A DNA stretch of 64,000 nt, taken from the NCBI GenBank assembly GCA_002269645.1, contig NIVC01003033.1, forward strand, positions 59,773-123,772, in the 5' to 3' direction. Positions 1-12,865 of this stretch are shown here, piece by piece (within the stretch, counting starts at the first letter, position 1; each line of letters starts with the position of its first letter). A program made the translations under genes and the position numbers. The notes beneath the pieces are model-generated. The model had not been told where the DNA came from. It ran no database searches and saw only the letters and a list, made by a program, of their open reading frames with translations. The stretch comes from Macrostomum lignano (Eukaryota).

Positions 1-104
1 GAATCTAAATTGGAATTCAAATAAACTTGATAATTATTGGATGATAAGGAGGTCGCGAGTAGAAAGTTGATATGGCCCAACCGGCAGAATACTAAAGAAC
101 CTGA

Positions 105-655
105 AGACCAACTGATACCAACTGAAGGATCTGAATGGTCATTGAAGACCAACTGAAGGATCTGAATGGTCATTGAAGACCAACTGAAGGATCTGAAGGG
201 TCATTGGAGACCAACTGAAAGATTTGAAGGGTTATAAGCGATCAACTGAAGGATCTGAAGGGTCATTGGAAACCAACTGAAGGATCTGAAGGGTCATTGG
301 AGACCAACTGAAGGATCTGAAGGGTCATTGGAGACCAACTGAAGGATCTAAAGGGTCATTGGAGACCAACTGAAGGATCTGAAGGGTTATTAGCGATCAA
401 CTGAAGGATCTGAAGGGTCATTGGAGAGCAACTGAAGGATCTGAAGGGGTCATTGGAGACCAACTGAAAGACCTGAAAGGTCATTGGAGACCAACTGAAG
501 GATCTGAAGGGTCATTGGAGACCAACTGAAGGATCTGAAGGGTCATTGGAGACCAACTGAAGGATCTGAAGGATCATTGGAGACCAACTGAAGGATCTGA
601 AGGATCATTGGAGACCAACTGAAGGATCTGAAGGATCATTGGAGACCAACTGAAT
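105..655. repeat. 31-bp minisatellite (GACCAACTGAAGGATCTGAAGGGTCATTGGA), ~17 copies
   Basis: Unit read directly, recurring every 31 nt with internal CTGAAGG sub-repeat. Confidence 0.95.
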
Positions 656-1252
656 CAAGCCATCTTACATTGAGCTGAAGTCAGCCTTAGGCTGAAAGTC
701 TGAAGAGCCATACTTGTCCCAGTTAGAAAGGCCCAACATTGTGCCAAATCCATCACTGCGGCAATCAATAGCTGTCAATCCCGGCTGTCAATAACTGCCG
801 CGGGGGAAGCAGGTGCCACCAAAGGGAGCTGCTAAATATGTCATTGTTCGATTTTGGCGTGAGACGGAAATTCCTCAATGCAAAGCTCTAGAGATGGATG
901 TATAAATCTATATACCGGATATTTATGCTCAATCTGCGCCGATGGAAGCACCTCAAAATTGCGCTTTTGGTGACCTCTGTCTCCCTCTCCCTCTCCTCTC
1001 TCTCTCTCCTGAACTCAGAGTGCAGCGCAGCCGCTTCAAGGGGAAGCTGAATATGGAATGATGATGATGATGATGATGATTCTAGTGACGGCTGGGCGCA
1101 CCGCGTGTAGGACAAAAATCTGAGAATTAAGGGACTGGGGACACATCTCAGCCATTGTCACTGCCCGCCTCTTGCGTGCCGCCTCACTGCGACTGAATGA
1201 TTAATGACTCTGCTTCATGCCTGCTCTCGTGCAGTTACGGGAGAAGCACTGA

Positions 1253-1532
1253 CAGTCAGTCAGTCAGTCAGTCAGTCAGTCAGTCAGTCAGTCAGTCAGT
1301 CAGTCAGTCAGTCAGTCAGTCAGTCAGTCAGTCAGTCAGTCAGTCAGTCAGTCAGTCAGTCAGTCAGTCAGTCAGTCAGTCAGTCAGTCAGTCAGTCAGT
1401 CAGTCAGTCAGTCAGTCAGTCAGTCAGTCAGTCAGTCAGTCAGTCAGTCAGTCAGTCAGTCAGTCAGTCAGTCAGTCAGTCAGTCAGTCAGTCAGTCAGT
1501 CAGTCAGTCATTCAGTCAGTCAGTCAGTCAGT
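1253..1532. repeat. (CAGT)n microsatellite
   Basis: Near-perfect tetranucleotide run; explains the SQSV ORFs. Confidence 0.98.
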
Positions 1533-1829
1533 CGCACGCAGACGCATCAATCCATTGGTGAAATTAGCGAGGGTGTTTCGCTTCTACTCCGGAAGCAGAC
1601 AAATATGCACTCAGCTCATTCAGCTGTTCGTCCGGTTATCCAGTTGAAGGGGGGGCGGTGAGTTTTTGGGCAGTTAGGAAGAATTTGAGAGCTTTTATGC
1701 TAGACAGAGGCGCACTAATTGCATATTATTGAAGAGAGCAGCGAACAGGGAGAACAGTGAGAGAGGAGAAGAGCCAGAGAGAGGGAGAAAGGAGGGAAAG
1801 CAGAAGAGAAAGGAGAGAAAAGAGGAAAC

Positions 1830-2382
1830 AGGAGAGGAGAGGATAGGAGAGGAGAGAGAGAGAGTAGGAGAGGAGAGGAGAGGAGAGGAGAGGAGAGGAG
1901 AGTAGGAGAGGAGAGGAGAGAGAGGAGAGGAGAGGAGAGGAGAGGAGAGGAGACGAGAGGAGAGGAGAGGAGAGGAGAGGAGACGAGAGGAGAGGAGAGG
2001 AGAGGAGAGGAGAGGAGAGGAGAGGAGAGGAGAGGAGAGGAGAGAGAGGAGAGGAGAGGAGAGGAGAGGAGAGGAGAGGAGAGGAGAGGAGAGGAGAGGA
2101 GAGGAGAGGAGAGGAGAGGAGAGAGAGGAGAGGAGAGGAGAGGAGAGGAGAGGAGAGGAGAGGAGAGGAGAGGAGAGGAGAGGAGAGGAGAGGAGAGGAG
2201 AGGAGAGGAGAGGAGAGGAGAGGAGAGGAGAGGAGAGGAGAGGAGAGGAGAGGAGAGGAGAGGAGAGGAGAGGAGAGGAGAGGAGAGGAGAGGAGAGGAG
2301 AGGAGAGGAGAGGAGAGGAGAGGAGAGGAGAGGAGAGGAGAGGAGAGAGAGGAGAGGAGAGGAGAGGAGAGGAGAGGAGAGG
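1830..2382. repeat. (GAGAG)n polypurine pentanucleotide microsatellite
   Basis: Direct reading; explains the minus-strand LLSSP ORFs. Confidence 0.97.
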
Positions 2383-3185
2383 ATGCAGAAAACGGTAGAG
2401 AAATGCGGACAGAAGGCACAGGAGGATATCATTAAAAATTACATTTGTAAAGAGTAAATCGGCAAGCGATCCTCAAATAGTGCAGCGGGAAATGGATTTA
2501 AAAAAGGAAAGCCACCATACATTGAGAGTGCTTCCGACAGATTGAGAAACTCGAGAAATATGCTATTATTTACGAGTAGCATGAGTTTCCACCCCTGAGA
2601 CGTAGGGTTGGGACTAGCTAAGCATAAATTTCAGCAAGCAGATGCTGTCACAGCAACTGCCGCCAATCTGCCAGTTGAGGGATTTATTGGCATAGTGACA
2701 GGCAAAGCGCCGTAATTCTGCCGAACATTACGAGGCTAAATATCAAGAGAGCCACACTGACAGCCGGAAGTGTTTTTCGCTTCATTCAATTCTTATCTGA
2801 AAGCCCAGTCAATCCATCTATCCATCCAGTCAGTTAGCATTTGACAAGCCATTTCACGCGGGAGGGAGCTCTCCCATTGGCTGAGGGGCCGCCTTCCTAG
2901 ACCGGCCACGATTCGTCCTTGCTGGGCCACACAGACTTCCACAGCCATAGGAAAGTTGAATAGGGCAAACAACACTCTGACACCCCGCCCCGCATAAAAC
3001 TGACGGCCCTACCTCATGCTGTCCACGCCAGCTCGTCACGCCAGCTTCTCTGTCAGCCCCGATTCGTCACCAGCTAAAAAGGCCTGGCGAATAAAGGCAA
3101 CAACAGGACCAGCTTGTTCGGGTGTCCGGCACTCCCTCATTCATAGCTTTTCACTTCTAGGTCTTCCAAGAGACCCGACAGCATC

Positions 3186-5261
3186 ATGGCGCACCTGCCG
3201 CTGCTTCTGCTCATCCTGCCGGCTCTGCTGCCGTCCCCAACCGCTTCTGTTGGCATCGACTTTGCGCTGCACCGCTGCGAGCCCATCGCCGTGGAGGCCT
3301 GCCAGGGCATCGGCTACAACGCCACCACAAAGATGCACAATCTGGCTGGCCACGCCGAGCAGAGAGACGCCGAGGTGCTGGTGAGATCCTTCATGCCGCT
3401 CATCCACTACAAGTGCTCAGCGAACCTGCGCTTCCTCCTGTGCTCGGTGCTGACCCCGATGTGCGATCCGAAATGGCCGAAGCCCATCGGGCCCTGCCGG
3501 CCGCTCTGCCAGCACGTGCGCAGCCGCTGCTCCCCGGTGCTGGCCGACTTCGGCTTCGAGTGGCCCGCCTTCCTCAACTGCAGCCGATTCCCGCTGAGCA
3601 ACGCCCGTGGCGACGACATGTGCATGGCCGGCAGCCCGGAGGTCGACCCCGAAGAGGACGGACCTGCCGGAGAGCCGGTCGGACGGCCCGGTAGAGGCGG
3701 CGGCAGCAGGGGCGGCAGCGGCGGCGCCGAGCCTGCCGAAGACTGGCGGCTGAACCTGGAGAAGTGGCTGCACGCGGTGCGCACTCAATCGTTCGGGCCG
3801 GACTGCGGCCACATGCGCAACCGGGAGCAGTACGTGTACATCAACCAGACCGCCGACTGCCTGCTCCGCTGCGGTGCGCACGACCTGTTCAGCCAGGACG
3901 ACAAGCGACTGGCCGACGCGTGGGTGGCGGTCCTGGCCACGCTGTGCGCCCTGAGCTCCCTGCTCACCATCGCCACGTTTCTAATGGACCGGTCGCGTTT
4001 CAAATACCCGGTCAGGCCGGTGCTGTTCATGGCGCTCTGCTACCTGTGCTACTCGCTGTCCTACTTTGTCCGGCTGGCGGCCGGGCGCGAGGCCGCCTCC
4101 TGCGACCGGGACCAGCTCAGCGGCAGCTCAGTGCTGATCCGGCACGGTCTGGACAACACCAACTGCGCCGTGGTCTTCCTGCTGCAGTACTTCTTCAGCA
4201 TGGCCGCGTCTACCTGGTACGTGATGCTGGTGTTCACCTGGCTGCTGCAGGCCGGCTGGAAGTGGAGCCCGGAAGCCGTGGCAAGGAAGTCCTGCTACTT
4301 CCACCTGCCAGCCTGGGTTGTGCCCGTCTGCCTGACCGTCTGCGTCCTCATCGTGCGCAAGGTCGAGGCCGACGAACTATTCGGCATGTGCAACGTTGGC
4401 AACCAGAACTCGCACACCCTGCTGAGTTTTGTCATCGTGCCCAACGTGGTCTTCCTCGCCTTGGAGGTGATCTTCCTCTTAGCCGGCTTCGTGGCCATGG
4501 CCCGGGTCCGTCGCCACGTGAAATCCGACGGCCAGAAGACGAACAAGTTCGACATGCTGATGGGCAAGATCGGCCTGTTCTCGGCGCTGTACGTCGTGCC
4601 GAATGCCTGCATCACGGCCTTCAACATCTACGACTACTCGAGCCGCGACCTCTGGCACGTGCCCGGCAGCCCCTACCGGCCGAGCTTGGCCGTCTTCCTC
4701 ATCAAGGTGTTCGCCTCCCTAGTCATCGGCGTCACCACCATCCTGTGGATCTGGAGCGCCAAGACTCTGCAGACTTGGCGCCGACTTCTGGCACCCTGGT
4801 CGGCGTCGTCGTCGGCGACGGCTTCGGCGGCCCAACGGCGCGGCGACAGAGGCTCCTCGGGCATCGGCGGCGGCCAGTACCCGAAGCTGCAGTATCAGCC
4901 GGCCGATCAGACAGACCCAGTGCAGCACAGGCAGGTGCAGCATCAGCACCAGATGTCCGCCATGCAGCATCACCAGCAGCAGCAGCAGCAGATTCCTCTG
5001 GCGCACCAGCAGCAGCAGGCTACGCAGCTGATGATGCAGCACGTACAGCAGATGCCCACCCAGCATCACAGCGGCGGTAGGCAGCCGCAGCAGCCGCAGC
5101 CTCAGCCGCCGTCCTCTCTGGCCAGCGGATCTTCACCAGGCTGGGCCGGTGGCAGCGGCGGCAAGCAGCCAATGGTCACGGCTCACTTTGCCGGCGAGAA
5201 CAAGGTGAAAAGTTTTCCCAATCAGCAGCAGAGAGACCTGCCCGAGTCCACCTTCCTTTAG
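3186..5261 (+). CDS. fzd4: Frizzled-4-like Wnt receptor, single exon, 691 aa
   Basis: Signal peptide; 10-Cys CRD (CEPI..C..IGYN..LIHYKCS..FLLCSV..PMC..PIGPC..LC..RC.PVL..FGFEWP..LNCSRFP..MCM); seven hydrophobic segments; ADEL.G.C.VGNQ loop; KIGLFS and WIWSAKTLQTW (KTxxxW); C-terminal -STFL. CRD and TM6 Lys match the FZD4 subfamily as remembered. Confidence 0.95.
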   Translation: MAHLPLLLLILPALLPSPTASVGIDFALHRCEPIAVEACQGIGYNATTKMHNLAGHAEQRDAEVLVRSFMPLIHYKCSANLRFLLCSVLTPMCDPKWPKPIGPCRPLCQHVRSRCSPVLADFGFEWPAFLNCSRFPLSNARGDDMCMAGSPEVDPEEDGPAGEPVGRPGRGGGSRGGSGGAEPAEDWRLNLEKWLHAVRTQSFGPDCGHMRNREQYVYINQTADCLLRCGAHDLFSQDDKRLADAWVAVLATLCALSSLLTIATFLMDRSRFKYPVRPVLFMALCYLCYSLSYFVRLAAGREAASCDRDQLSGSSVLIRHGLDNTNCAVVFLLQYFFSMAASTWYVMLVFTWLLQAGWKWSPEAVARKSCYFHLPAWVVPVCLTVCVLIVRKVEADELFGMCNVGNQNSHTLLSFVIVPNVVFLALEVIFLLAGFVAMARVRRHVKSDGQKTNKFDMLMGKIGLFSALYVVPNACITAFNIYDYSSRDLWHVPGSPYRPSLAVFLIKVFASLVIGVTTILWIWSAKTLQTWRRLLAPWSASSSATASAAQRRGDRGSSGIGGGQYPKLQYQPADQTDPVQHRQVQHQHQMSAMQHHQQQQQQIPLAHQQQQATQLMMQHVQQMPTQHHSGGRQPQQPQPQPPSSLASGSSPGWAGGSGGKQPMVTAHFAGENKVKSFPNQQQRDLPESTFL

Positions 5262-5317
5262 GAGCGGTGAGTTCTCATGAGTTTTATAATCTGTTTTGAG
5301 TTTTAATACCCTAAATA

Positions 5318-5775
5318 CATGAGGTCTAAGCACCCATAGACTATAGAGCATGAGTCCTAAGCACCCATAGACTATAGAGAATGAGTCCTAAGCACCCATA
5401 GACTATAGAGCATGAGTCCTAAGCACCCATAGACTATAGAGCATGAGTCCTAAGCACCCATAGACTATAGAGCATGAGTCCTAACCACCCATAGACTATA
5501 GAGCATGAGTCCTAAGCACCCATAGACTATAGAGCACGAGTCCTAAGCACCCATAGACTATAGAGCATGAGTCCTAAGCACCCATAGACTATAGAGCATG
5601 AGTCCTAAGCACCCATAGACTATAGAGCATGAGTCCTAAGCACCCATAGACTATAGAGCATGAGTCCTAAGCACCCATAGACTATAGAGCATGAGTCCTA
5701 AGCACCCATAGACTATAGAGCATGAGTCCTAAGCACCCATAGACTATAGAGCATGAGTCTTAAGCACCCATAGAC
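5318..5775. repeat. 31-bp minisatellite (CATGAGTCCTAAGCACCCATAGACTATAGAG), ~15 copies, just 3' of fzd4
   Basis: Direct reading. Confidence 0.95.
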
Positions 5776-7612
5776 TATAAAACACGGGTCGAAATTAGAG
5801 TTCTGCCTTTCATACGAAGCTTTGAAATGCAGGCTTCTAGAGCAGTTACTAGACAATAATGCTAAATGATGTGTGCAAAAACAGCTTAAAATAAAAAATA
5901 TATTTAGTGTCTGTGGCAGTGTAGGACACAGTGCCGGGGTGGGGTGGCTGGCCTGTGTGAGAAACCCGTCGGACAATCTGTCAGTCAAATTCTGCAAACA
6001 ACGGGGGCTTGAAAAGTGGCGCTTGCCAACAATAGTGCGGAATAGGCAGTAAGACGGACAGAGCTCACAGCCTGGCTACCAAAAGAATTTATTAAAAAGC
6101 AATATCTTACGCGAGCGGTATAGAACAGACAAGAAGTGAGCAGAAGAAGACCTGTCTATAGAACTGAGAAGGGGCAAGTCAGCCTTTAGCAATAATATTA
6201 TAATAAGCCCTCTGAGCTGGCTGAGTCTACAACAATTGCCAACCAGCAGTCCCCATAGCTTAGGCCAGCTCTCTTATTCAGCCCTCAGTTAACAATAACA
6301 ACTGCGCATAATGGGTAGCTTATAGAAGAGCTGCTCCGGTGGTGGCCTGACAGGCCTCAGCGCTTGTGTCCTGCTCACTTTTTTGACGATTTTGACAGCA
6401 CCGGGGGCAGCTCTGTCGTATGTCCCCCACTCCCTCCACTTCAAGCGGACCAACCCCCATTCTATCTCTCTTGCCTCACCGCCAGTGACAGCTACAGCAG
6501 TAGCTATAGTGTTAGTTTTAGCTGATTTGAGAGCAGCAGCAGCAGCAGCAGCAGCAGACTTAATATTAGCTGACTGCGTGCGCCTCCGACTTCCCTACAG
6601 ACAGATACTATGGAAAGCATTCTCCCCCCCGAGCCTAAGCCGCTCTTGACCCTGAAAACTCCATATATACTTCTATTCCTGTAGAAACAGTTCATTCTTG
6701 TTGAGATTTGAGCTGGGTGCGGTCTCTTTCCCTTATGACTACAGCTCCGAAGTGATCTGTTCGGACTTCTGGAGCCTGAACTTCTACTGAGTGTAGCATG
6801 ATTTCATTGTAGAAAAATAATTTGACTCCTGAGCACAATACTGTACGAAGGCACAGCACTCGTACACTCGCTCACACGGGGTGTACAGCGGCCCTGACTG
6901 TCTAACCGTCAGGCATGTACACTACAAGCCCCCAAATGAATGTTGATCGCGCAAGGAATCGAGCCCAGGGACCCCGGGTTAGACGCGAGATTCCAATATT
7001 AACAAAAATAACGCATCGATACAAAAACAAAGCCATTGATTTGTTGCAGGGAGCATCTGGTTCAATGAAACCCACCGAGACGCGATCGAGAGTCGACTCT
7101 TCGGACATCTGAACAAAAGTATTTTTATGTCAAAAAACTTTTAACTTTCAAAACAACTTTGCGATTTTATTTACGATATTTTCTTCTTTTTCAATAACAA
7201 TGCGCGGCCACAGCGGTTGGCGGCAGTCACAGTCAATGCAATTGCTGTACATGCTGCATACATTAATTACTACTTCTGTCACATTAGATTCAGCAACGCA
7301 TGAGTACTGTAGTTCGTAGCGTAGCTTTCAAGTTTTTTTACTCTGCTTCTATCATAAAGTGCTTACTTCTATAATTTCCTGTGTATATTCTTCTCCACTC
7401 TTATCGAGCCCCAATATTGATTTCTAACAGCCCCAATCATTGCAGTTTGTTTTATTTTCAACTTCAAGACAGGAAGGAAGTCTTGCAGGCCAATAGACTT
7501 GGCTTGAAGCACCTTATATCGAGCTTATATGTACAATATGCGACTCAACTCTCTGCGTGTATTTTACCATGATGCAGAGTTATTGCTGCTTCACACTTCG
7601 GATCCATTTGCA

Positions 7613-7806
7613 CCTGTCTGTCTGTCTGTGTGTCTGTCTGTCTGTCTGTCTTAGTGTCTTAGTGTCTGCCTGTCTCATGTCCATCCGCCTGTCTGTCTGT
7701 CAATCCCTGTCTGTCTATCTGTCAGTCTGTTATAGTGTCTGTCTGTCTGTCTGTTATAGTGTCTGTCTGTCTGTTATAGTGTCTGTCTGTCTATCTGTCT
7801 GTCTGT
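7613..7806. repeat. Degenerate (CTGT)n microsatellite
   Basis: Direct reading. Confidence 0.85.
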
Positions 7807-8299
7807 CAATCCAATCCCACTTTGCTCCTTCAGAAAGCTACCCAATGCAACAACCTGCAGTTTTCCATACCGAGCTTATATGTGGCAGTCGACACTTCTC
7901 TAGTCTCGTTACCCCAGCGCGTAACATATTGCACAATGAAGTGTAACATTATTTTTCAATGCTAAATAATGATTTATTATGAGTAGATCAATATCCCCTC
8001 CAGTTGAATGCTGACCGCACCTTTGTCCCATGTTTGTAACTATGCGCGCACCAGCTTCATCGCAGTTCTTGCTCGTATTTAAATGCATAAAACTTTTATC
8101 AAGTAATTGTTTTACCAGTAACTCAATGAATTTTATAGGATTTTTTCTGAACAACAATATTTAACGCGCAAGTGCAAGTCTATATTATTTACTGAATACT
8201 ATTATATATATATAATTAACAAAATATCAAATAATAGATTGGTAGCCTATTTTGTGTTTTATTTCTTTTTCACTTGCTTCGTGAACATCGAAGTACTTA

Positions 8300-9260
8300 T
8301 CTAGCTTGTGAACTTATTGAGCTTGTGAACTTATTGAGCTTGTGAACTTTTAAGCTTGTGAACTTATTGAGCTTGTGAACTTATCTAGCTTGTGAACATA
8401 TTGAGCTTGTGAACTTATCTAGCTTGTGAACTTATTGAGCTTGTGAACTTATCTAGCTTGTGAACATATTGAGCTTGTGAACTTATCCTTGTGAACTTAT
8501 TGAGCTTGTGAACTTATCCTTGTGAACTTATTGAGCTTGTGAACTTATCTAGCTTGTGAACATATTGAGCTTGTGAACTCATCTAGCTTGTGAACTTATT
8601 GAGCTTGTGAACTTATCTAGCTTGTGAACTTATTGAGTTTGTGAACTTATCTAGCTTGTGAACATATTGAGCTTGTGAACTCATCTAGCTTGTGAACTTA
8701 TTGAGCTTGTGAACTTATTGAGCTTGTGAACTTATTGAGCTTGTGAACTTATTGAGCCTGTGAACTTATTGAGCTTGTGAACTTATTGAGCTTGTGAACT
8801 TATTGAGCTTGTGAACTTATTGAGCTTGTGAACTTATTGAGCTTGTGAACTTATTGAGCTTGTGAACTTATTGAGCTTGTGAACTTATTGAGCTTGTGAA
8901 CTTATTGAGCTTGTGAACTTATTGAGCTTGTGAACTTATTGAGCTTGTGAACTTATTGAGCTTGTGAACTTATTGAGCTTGTGAACTTATTGAGCTTGTG
9001 AACTTATTGAGCCTGTGAACTTATTGAGCTTGTGAACTTATTGAGCTTGTGAACTTATTAAGCTTGTGAACTTATTGAGCTTGTGAACTTATTGAGCTTG
9101 TGAACTTATTGAGCTTGTGAACTTATTGAGCTTGTGAACTTATTGAGCTTGTGAACTTATTGAGCTTGTGAACTTATTGAGCTTGTGAACTTATTGAGCT
9201 TGTGAACTTATTGAGCTTGTGAACTTATTGAGCTTGTGAACTTATTGAGCTTGTGAACTT
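8300..9260. repeat. 17-bp minisatellite (GAGCTTGTGAACTTATT) with 18-bp TATCTAG variants in the 5' half
   Basis: Direct reading. Confidence 0.95.
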
Positions 9261-10088
9261 TCAACATTATGAGCTTGTCGAGCTTAAAAACCATCAAGTT
9301 TGAGAAGTTTCGAGACTTTCCCTATATGACCTTTGATTGAGTCGAAGAAATCGGTCTCAGCAGAGGCCCAGCTGCTCATAGGAAATGAGTTGCCGCACTT
9401 TGAATAGACGGGTATACAAGATAAAAACGGGCTGTGGACTCGGTGAGGCTGGACAAGACAAGCTTCATCAATAGCGCCACGCAGCGAAATGCTGTTGAGA
9501 GGCCCGCTCATCATATTCTCAGCAGCTGTAGGCAGAACTGCAGGTCTGCCATTTTTCCTGCCTCCTCACAGCAGCAGCAGGGGTGTCAGTTATTGATGCA
9601 GCAGCAGCAGCAGCCATGACTGACGGCGGGCACACTTGACATGACACGTATGCCAGAGTTTGAGTGAGGTAGAAGAGAGACAGGGAGGCAGAGGGTCGCC
9701 ACTGGGAGAGATAGAGAAGCCGTCTGAGTCTTTATAGAGATGTCAGGTATTAAGACTGATGCGGCGTCTTGCCTGCCTGATGAGACAGACCGCTTTGCTC
9801 AGAAGCTATTCTTTGCAATACCCTGGGCGTTTCATCTAACATCTAACTGTATACTATGTTCGGCTTAGCTCTCCATCCATCTCTCACTCTATCTCTCATT
9901 CTCAAGCTATTGTCGAACGAGTCCCACAGTACAAAATACGAGACCCAAAAAGAACACTGCAACGAATTGAGCTGTCAATCTGTCATCATGTCAACGAGCG
10001 GAGAAGAAACTCGAACGACGGCTGAGTTTTAGTAAAACTTGAATTTCCCTATTCGCAAAACTGCAACCACACACAGCGGATCCTTTCT

Positions 10089-10360
10089 TGGCCACAGACA
10101 TTTGGAGACTTTATTGGTCATAGACATTTGGACACTTTATTGGTCATAGACATTTGGACACTTTATTGGCCATAGACATTTGGAGACTTTATTGGTCATA
10201 GACATTTGGACACTTTATTGGCCATAGACATTTGGAGACTTTATTGGTCATAGACATTTGGACACTTTATTGGCCATAGACATTTGGACACTTTATTGGC
10301 CATTGACATTTAGGGACTTTATTGGCCATTGACATTTGGAGACTCTATTGGCCATAGACA
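10089..10360. repeat. 26-bp minisatellite (GGCCATAGACATTTGGACACTTTATT), ~10 copies
   Basis: Direct reading. Confidence 0.93.
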
Positions 10361-11193
10361 ACCTTAGCTGGAGGGCCGCTGCCTGAAAAATAAGGAACCC
10401 AAAAGACACACTTCTATAGCCTCAGACGCGGATCTAGAATTGAAAGTCGATACTTTGCCTATCCTGAATGCCATATAAAGCATAGTCAGTTAGAATTAGG
10501 ACAGCAGCTGGTGGAAGCCACCAAGGTGAAACTCGCTCGCCTCCTACACACCCGAGTTTGAAACTCAAACAAGAAACTCCCGCCTCGCCCCGGGGCTACA
10601 ACCCCCCCCCCCCCCTATTTAAAGGCCGCTTTTCTCCTCCCTTTCATTATCTCGTTAAAGCAAAGCGAGCCCTGCATATAGGGTTAGTTATAGAAATAGA
10701 CAGACCCTTTTGAGGGAGGAGAAACCCCATCATTTTCTTGTTTGCCGGAGCTCGCAAATTTGGTGGAGGGGGCGGGAGGGTGGGTGAATTAGCGAGCGGC
10801 TCAAAGCGAAGCTAGTCGAGTCGATAATGAAGCTTCGCTTGTAGAAGCTGCAAGTTAGGGCTGCTCTACCTGTATTGCTTTTTACGTCACTAGCTATCTT
10901 GGAATTGTATCGAAATGCATAATTAATTAGCTTATATCAAGCTATAAGCAGTCGGATTAGTTCTTTGCTTCTTTCTGGTTTCCAGAGCTTCCGATTTGCT
11001 TTTTTACGTCCGCTGATTTTTTTTCACTTCTTTTTGTCAACCGGGAAAAACAGATGTGAAAGCCGCTTTGTGGCGGGTGACTAAACCTGTGATGTGGCTG
11101 GTTGGTGAACTTGGTGAAAGGGTTTCAGCTACTGTAGCGAGGCTGAGGGTGGGACTCTACTCAAGAAAGGAGTACTAACTGTCCTCAGGGTCC

Positions 11194-12865
11194 AGGCGCC
11201 ATTTCTATTCTGATCTAGGCGCCATCTATATTCTGATCTAGGCGCCATGTCTAGTCTGATCTAGGACCCATTTCTAGTCTGATCTAGGCGCCATTTCTAG
11301 TCTGATCTAGGTGCCATGTCTAGTCTGATCTAGTGCCCATTTCTAGTCTGATCTAGGCGCCATGTCTAGTCTGTTCTAGGCGCCATTTCTATTCTGATCT
11401 AGGCGCCATGTCTAGTCTGATCTAGGCGCCATTTCTATTCTGATCTAGGCGCCATTTCTATTCTGATCTAAGCGCGATGTCTAGTCTGATCTAGGCGCCA
11501 TTTCTATTCTGATCTAGGCGCCATTTCTAGTCTGATCTAGGCGCCATTTCTATTCTGATCTAGGCGCCATTTCTATTCTGATCTAAGCGCCATGTCTAGT
11601 CTGATCTAGGCGCCATTTCTAGTCTGATCTAGGCGCCATTTCTATTCTGATCTAGGCGCCATTTCTATTCTGATCTAAGCGCGATGTCTAGTCTGATCTA
11701 GGCGCCATTTCTAGTCTGATCTAGGCGCCATTTCTATTCTGATCTAGGCGCCATTTCTATTCTGATCTAGGCGCCATTTCTAGTCTGATCTAGGCGCCAT
11801 GTCTAGTCTGATCTAGGCGCCATTTCTATTCTGATCTAGGCGCCATTTTTAGTCTGATGTAGGCGCCATTTCTATTCTGATCTAAGCGCCATTTCTAGTC
11901 TGATCTAGGCGCCATGTCTAGTCTGATCTAGGCGCCATTTCTATTCTGATCTAGGCGCCATGTCTAGTCTGATCTAGTGCCCATGTCTAGTCTGATCTAG
12001 GCGCCATTTCTAGTCTGATCTAGGCGCCATGTCTAGTCTGATCTAGTGCCCATTTCTAGTCTGATCTAGGCGCCATTTCTATTCTGATCTAGGCGCCATG
12101 TCTAGTCTGATCTAGTGCCCATTTCTAGTCTGATCTAGGCGCCATTTCTAGTCTGATCTAGGCGCCATTTCTAGTCTGATCTAGGCGCCATGTCTAGTCT
12201 GATCTAGGCGCCATGTTTAATCTGATCTAGGCGCCATTTCTAGTCTGATCTAGGCGCCATGTCTAGTCTGATCTAGGCGTCATTTCTATTCTGATCTAGG
12301 CGCCATTTTTAGTCTGATGTAGGCGCCATTTCTATTCTGATCTAAGCGCCATGTCTAGTCTGATCTAGGCGCCATTTCTAGTCTGATCTAGGCGCCATGT
12401 CTAGTCTGATCTAGGCGCCATTTCTATTCTGATCTAGGCGCCATGTCTAGTCTGATCTAGTGCCCATTTCTAGTCTGATCTAGGCGCCATTTCTAGTCTG
12501 ATCTAGGCGCCATTTCTAGTCTGATCTAGGTGCCATGTCTAGTCTGATCTAGGCGCCATGTTTAATCTGATCTAGGCGCCATGTCTAGTCTGATCTAAGC
12601 GCCATGTCTAGTCTGATCTAGGCGCCATTTCTAGTCTGATCTAGGCGCCATGTCTAGTCTGATCTAGGCGCCATTTCTATTCTGATCTAGGCGCCATGTC
12701 TAGTCTGATCTAGTGCCCATTTCTAGTCTGATCTAGGCGCCATTTCTAGTCTGATCTAGGCGCCATTTCTAGTCTGATCTAGGCGCCATGTCTAGTCTGA
12801 TCTAAGCGCCATGTCTAGTCTGATCTAGGCGCCATTTCTATTCTGATCTAGGCGCCATTTTCAGT
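11194..12865. repeat. 23-bp minisatellite (CTAGGCGCCATTTCTAGTCTGAT), ~72 copies
   Basis: Direct reading. Confidence 0.96.

Noticed and set aside
1197-2432. ORFs with SQSV and LLSSP repeats
   Set aside because: Translations of (CAGT)n and (GAGAG)n microsatellites; no coding signal.
3764-5080. 438-aa alternative-frame ORF and antisense ORFs over fzd4
   Set aside because: Shadow ORFs from GC3-rich codon usage; Arg/Pro/Ala-rich with no domain.
6045-6062. GCAGTAAGA match to a remembered flatworm spliced-leader sequence
   Set aside because: Only ~9 nt match, with no adjacent donor or Sm site; chance.
6720-7108. Possible small spliced minus-strand gene (TTCAG|ATG TCC GAA...|GTGGGT; donor near 6880)
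   Set aside because: Splice-like signals exist, but no exon chain gives a convincing protein.
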